From a virus (taxonomy: Duplodnaviria; Caudoviricetes): a stretch of 37,935 bases of DNA. Shown here piece after piece: positions 35,538-37,935 of this stretch. The first letter of the stretch is position 1, and each line of letters starts with the position of its first letter. The position numbers and the translations under genes were made by a program. The notes under the pieces were generated by a model. That model had not been told where the DNA came from. It ran no database searches and saw nothing but the letters and a program-made list of their open reading frames with translations. Location of the stretch: positions 1 to 37,935 of IMG/VR virus record IMGVR_UViG_3300036546_000028; one strand, 5' to 3'.

Positions 35538-36077
35538 CTAGTTACGCCAGAAAACATAGAACTCGCCGTCTTCACCGTGTTCGCCGTACATATCCGTAAT
35601 GAACAAGTCTCGGGCAAACTTTTCATAATCGAAGTAGTTCCTGACGGTATCCGGTACGTTGTTGAGGTGGCCAAGCTCGTCTATCAGCTCGTAAGCAAAG
35701 TCCACTTCATCCTTGTACGTTCCGCGATAACTATCCTCGAAGTCACTTTTATTCGCGTATTCGCTTCCAACGAAGCCGACATACACTCGCCAAGCCTCGC
35801 CGTATTCTTCCAGCATTTCAGCGTGTTTGATAAATGTCTCAAAGTCATCCCATTCGCCTAAACCTAAGCCGTGAAAGCCTTCGTAGTCATGCACAGCCCA
35901 TTCTTCCGCTTTATCGCCATATTCCATTGCCGAAGGCGATTCGGCCAGCATTTCATTTACTTCGTCCATCACGTCTTCAACCGTTGTTGATCCGTCTATA
36001 TCAATCCAACGTCCGTGAAGGACAGCTTTGTTATAGTCTGAAAGGCTTGCAACGTAGATTCTGTACTCACTTGTCAT
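35538..36077 (-). CDS. ardA: Antirestriction protein ArdA
   Basis: IYVASL..YN...LHG.W, EEWAVHDYEG, NYFDYEKFARDL; highly acidic. Confidence 0.93.
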   Translation of the reverse strand: MTSEYRIYVASLSDYNKAVLHGRWIDIDGSTTVEDVMDEVNEMLAESPSAMEYGDKAEEWAVHDYEGFHGLGLGEWDDFETFIKHAEMLEEYGEAWRVYVGFVGSEYANKSDFEDSYRGTYKDEVDFAYELIDELGHLNNVPDTVRNYFDYEKFARDLFITDMYGEHGEDGEFYVFWRN

Positions 36078-36091
36078 GGCTTTTTCTCCTT

Positions 36092-36280
36092 TTATGGCAG
36101 CTCTACTGCTGCGGTATAGGCTTCTACAAAGGTTGGGAAAGGTCCGACATCGTTGTCAGGCTTGCCGCTTTCGTCGTAGAACCACCATCCCTTATCTTCT
36201 GGGACGATATCGCCGAGGTTGTAGTAAATAAGATACTCTTTGCCGGTCTGGTTTATTGCGTGTCCGACGAAAGGTAACAT
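36092..36280 (-). CDS. Hypothetical early protein
   Basis: AAGGAG SD; GWWF......VGPFPT..EA pattern. Confidence 0.7.
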   Translation of the reverse strand: MLPFVGHAINQTGKEYLIYYNLGDIVPEDKGWWFYDESGKPDNDVGPFPTFVEAYTAAVELP

Positions 36281-36351
36281 GGCGCTTCTCCTTAGGTTTA
36301 CGGCAGGGACGCTTTACACGTCCCCGCCCGTTTACTTGGCATAACTGATAT

Positions 36352-36373
36352 TATTGGCAAGCGTGGATGTGAC
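36352..36373. promoter_or_regulatory. Operator-like site
   Basis: Reverse complement GTCACATCCA-CGCT-TGCCAATA. Confidence 0.7.
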
Positions 36374-37017
36374 TAGGCGCAATTGTCTTTAATTACCTTT
36401 GCCATAGACCGCCCATGTGCTACGTAGGCGACAACATTCACGCCTTTGTCCCAACATGCGCGACATCCTGCGCATTTACCGTTGCGCTCATAGGCTCCGC
36501 ATATGTGCACTTCGGATGGAACCTCGGTGTCATATGTGGGGACAACGGTCGAACCATGCAGCCCACTTTCATAACTGCCGTCAATGCCAAGAGCGGAGTA
36601 TCTGACACAAGCGTTCGGCAGGGCTTTAATTTCATCCAGTATGGGACGGATAGCGGCAACGCGGTATGATTTAGTCGGCAACCAATGTTTCACATGAGGC
36701 GTCCGTTTAATCACTTCCTTTATCTTTACGGCAAGCTCACGGCAATATACGTCGCCGCTATCGAACCAACGGAAATATTCAGCTTTATCAAGGGCCTTTA
36801 CCATATCATCAACCCATGCATCGCGTTTCCAATCCTGCTTATTTTCTTCACGCGGAGCTTTTACGTTTGGGAAGCGGTAGTTACCGGACGCCGCCTAACA
36901 GCCTTTACATACTGGACAAAGCTCTCCATTGATAAATGAGCCTGGGCATGTTTCACGAGCGGGAAGTGACCACGACTTAATACCGTCAAGCTTTGAAACC
37001 TTTGAAATTCGAATCAT
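36373..37017 (-). pseudogene. GP88-like Cys-rich protein interrupted by an in-frame TAG
   Basis: SWSLPARETCPGS...CPVCKGC*AASGNYRF...YFRWFDSGD...HWLPTK...C..CRACW....VAY..H is one continuous frame apart from TAG at 36895-36897. Confidence 0.75.
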
Positions 37018-37040
37018 TTTCATTCCCCTTTTTTGTTTTT

Positions 37041-37062
37041 TATTGGCAAGGCTGGATATGAT
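37041..37062. promoter_or_regulatory. Operator-like site
   Basis: Reverse complement ATCATATCCA-GCCT-TGCCAATA. Confidence 0.72.
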
Positions 37063-37121
37063 AAGCCCTAATTCAAGCCGCGAACCGCGTAGGCTCACGG
37101 CTTGTCAACGGCAGACCATGT

Positions 37122-37343
37122 TTATTGGTGCAGACCGTCAAGCGTTGCTATCAGGTCAGAAAAGGCCGCTGCCGTGTGTTCCTTTGCTTCCCTCATGGAC
37201 GTATACCAACGGCCAAAGGTGTCACTTTCGTAAAGCGTCCGCCCTTTGCGGGAACGCTTCCAGACGCCTTGTAACGTGTTTCCATTGTATTGCAGCATGA
37301 GGAAGTTACCGTGTTTGACCGTTTTAATGTCGTTTGCTTTCAT
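37122..37343 (-). CDS. Hypothetical early protein
   Basis: 73 aa, AAGGG SD, co-oriented with neighbours. Confidence 0.6.
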   Translation of the reverse strand: MKANDIKTVKHGNFLMLQYNGNTLQGVWKRSRKGRTLYESDTFGRWYTSMREAKEHTAAAFSDLIATLDGLHQ

Positions 37344-37359
37344 GGCCTTATTCCCTTAT

Positions 37360-37560
37360 TTACCTGACACGCCACACGCTGCCGCGTTCACGTGTTATTT
37401 CATTTTCAACGAACTCAAGACGCCCGAGGTAGTACCAACCTTGCCCGCTTTCATGCCCGTAAACTGCACCTTCGCTACTAATACGGTAGTTTCGAGGTCC
37501 GAAGTAAGCGCGGAGCTTGCAACGTAATTCCGCCTTTGTAAGACTATCAAAACTGGTCAT
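37360..37560 (-). CDS. Hypothetical early protein
   Basis: MTSFDSL...FGPRNYRI...GWYYLG; first ORF after the host promoter. Confidence 0.6.
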   Translation of the reverse strand: MTSFDSLTKAELRCKLRAYFGPRNYRISSEGAVYGHESGQGWYYLGRLEFVENEITRERGSVWRVR

Positions 37561-37585
37561 TTTCTTTCCCCTTTTTTGATTTTCT

Positions 37586-37607
37586 ATTATATCCACTATT
37601 GGATTCG
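37586..37607. promoter_or_regulatory. Operator-like site
   Basis: ATTATATCCA-CTAT-TGGATTCG, near-palindromic. Confidence 0.6.
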
Positions 37608-37765
37608 ATTAGCTCCAATAAAAGCGAGGAACGATATTTGATTTAGTGTTCCCCGCTTCTATGGGACTACTCGTTTAATCTTGTTTAGTGCGCTATTTGA
37701 TTTTCAAAGAACCTGCGGGCGGCCTTGTGTCTGGCCTTGTGGCCTTCCCCGTCGTCGTTGAGTGA

Positions 37766-37794
37766 AAAGTATCCAAGCTTGCCAAGTATGTCAA
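37766..37794 (-). promoter_or_regulatory. Host sigma70 early promoter with overlapping operator-like site
   Basis: TTGACA-N17-TACTTT with an upstream A-tract; the spacer and -10 contain AAAGTATCCA-AGCT-TGCCAAGT. Confidence 0.8.
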
Positions 37795-37935
37795 GCCATC
37801 GCAGAAGTTTTTTTTTTGGTACTTTTTGAAAATTTTTAATGAATGCTAGTGTTTTCAATTGGTTATGAACGAAAAAAATAAGTATGTGTTTGCCGCTTCT
37901 ATACGTATATACGTATGAAAAGGAAAACGTGACAA

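Noticed and set aside
36352-37062. TTGGCA-containing motif as a sigma54 promoter
   Set aside because: No GC at the GG-N10-GC position, and copies occur in both orientations
37795-37935. Terminal repeat or genome end
   Set aside because: AT-rich and plausible, but the other genome end is outside the window so no repeat can be verified

Overview
About 38 kb of a T7-like podovirus (Autographiviridae-type) genome, with essentially all genes on the minus strand. It runs from a sigma70-driven early region at the right edge (ArdA, a GP88-like gene with an in-frame TAG, small ORFs) through a lysogeny module, single-subunit RNA polymerase, replication genes, nucleotide-metabolism genes and head/tail genes to the start of the tail fibre at the left edge. 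The lysogeny module comprises a MarR/wHTH regulator, a tyrosine integrase and a complete tRNA-Leu(UAA) flanked by arm-type repeats (probable attP). Class III NrdD/NrdG suggests an anaerobic host. Two group I introns can be read at base resolution. A 933-nt compact intron carrying a double-motif LAGLIDADG ORF splits the major capsid gene. A 716-nt IA2-like intron carrying an EndoVII-type ORF splits the DNA polymerase at the T7 Tyr526-equivalent codon. The non-coding DNA holds five phage-RNAP promoters (AATTARGRCGCACTKRATAAG), one of them directly upstream of the RNAP gene, plus one divergent variant copy. It also holds about nine copies of an operator-like motif (ATCAYATCCA-N4-TG). Together these suggest a repressor / RNAP-feedback / antirepressor lysis-lysogeny switch in a temperate T7-like phage. 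All calls are from visual reading, with no database searches.
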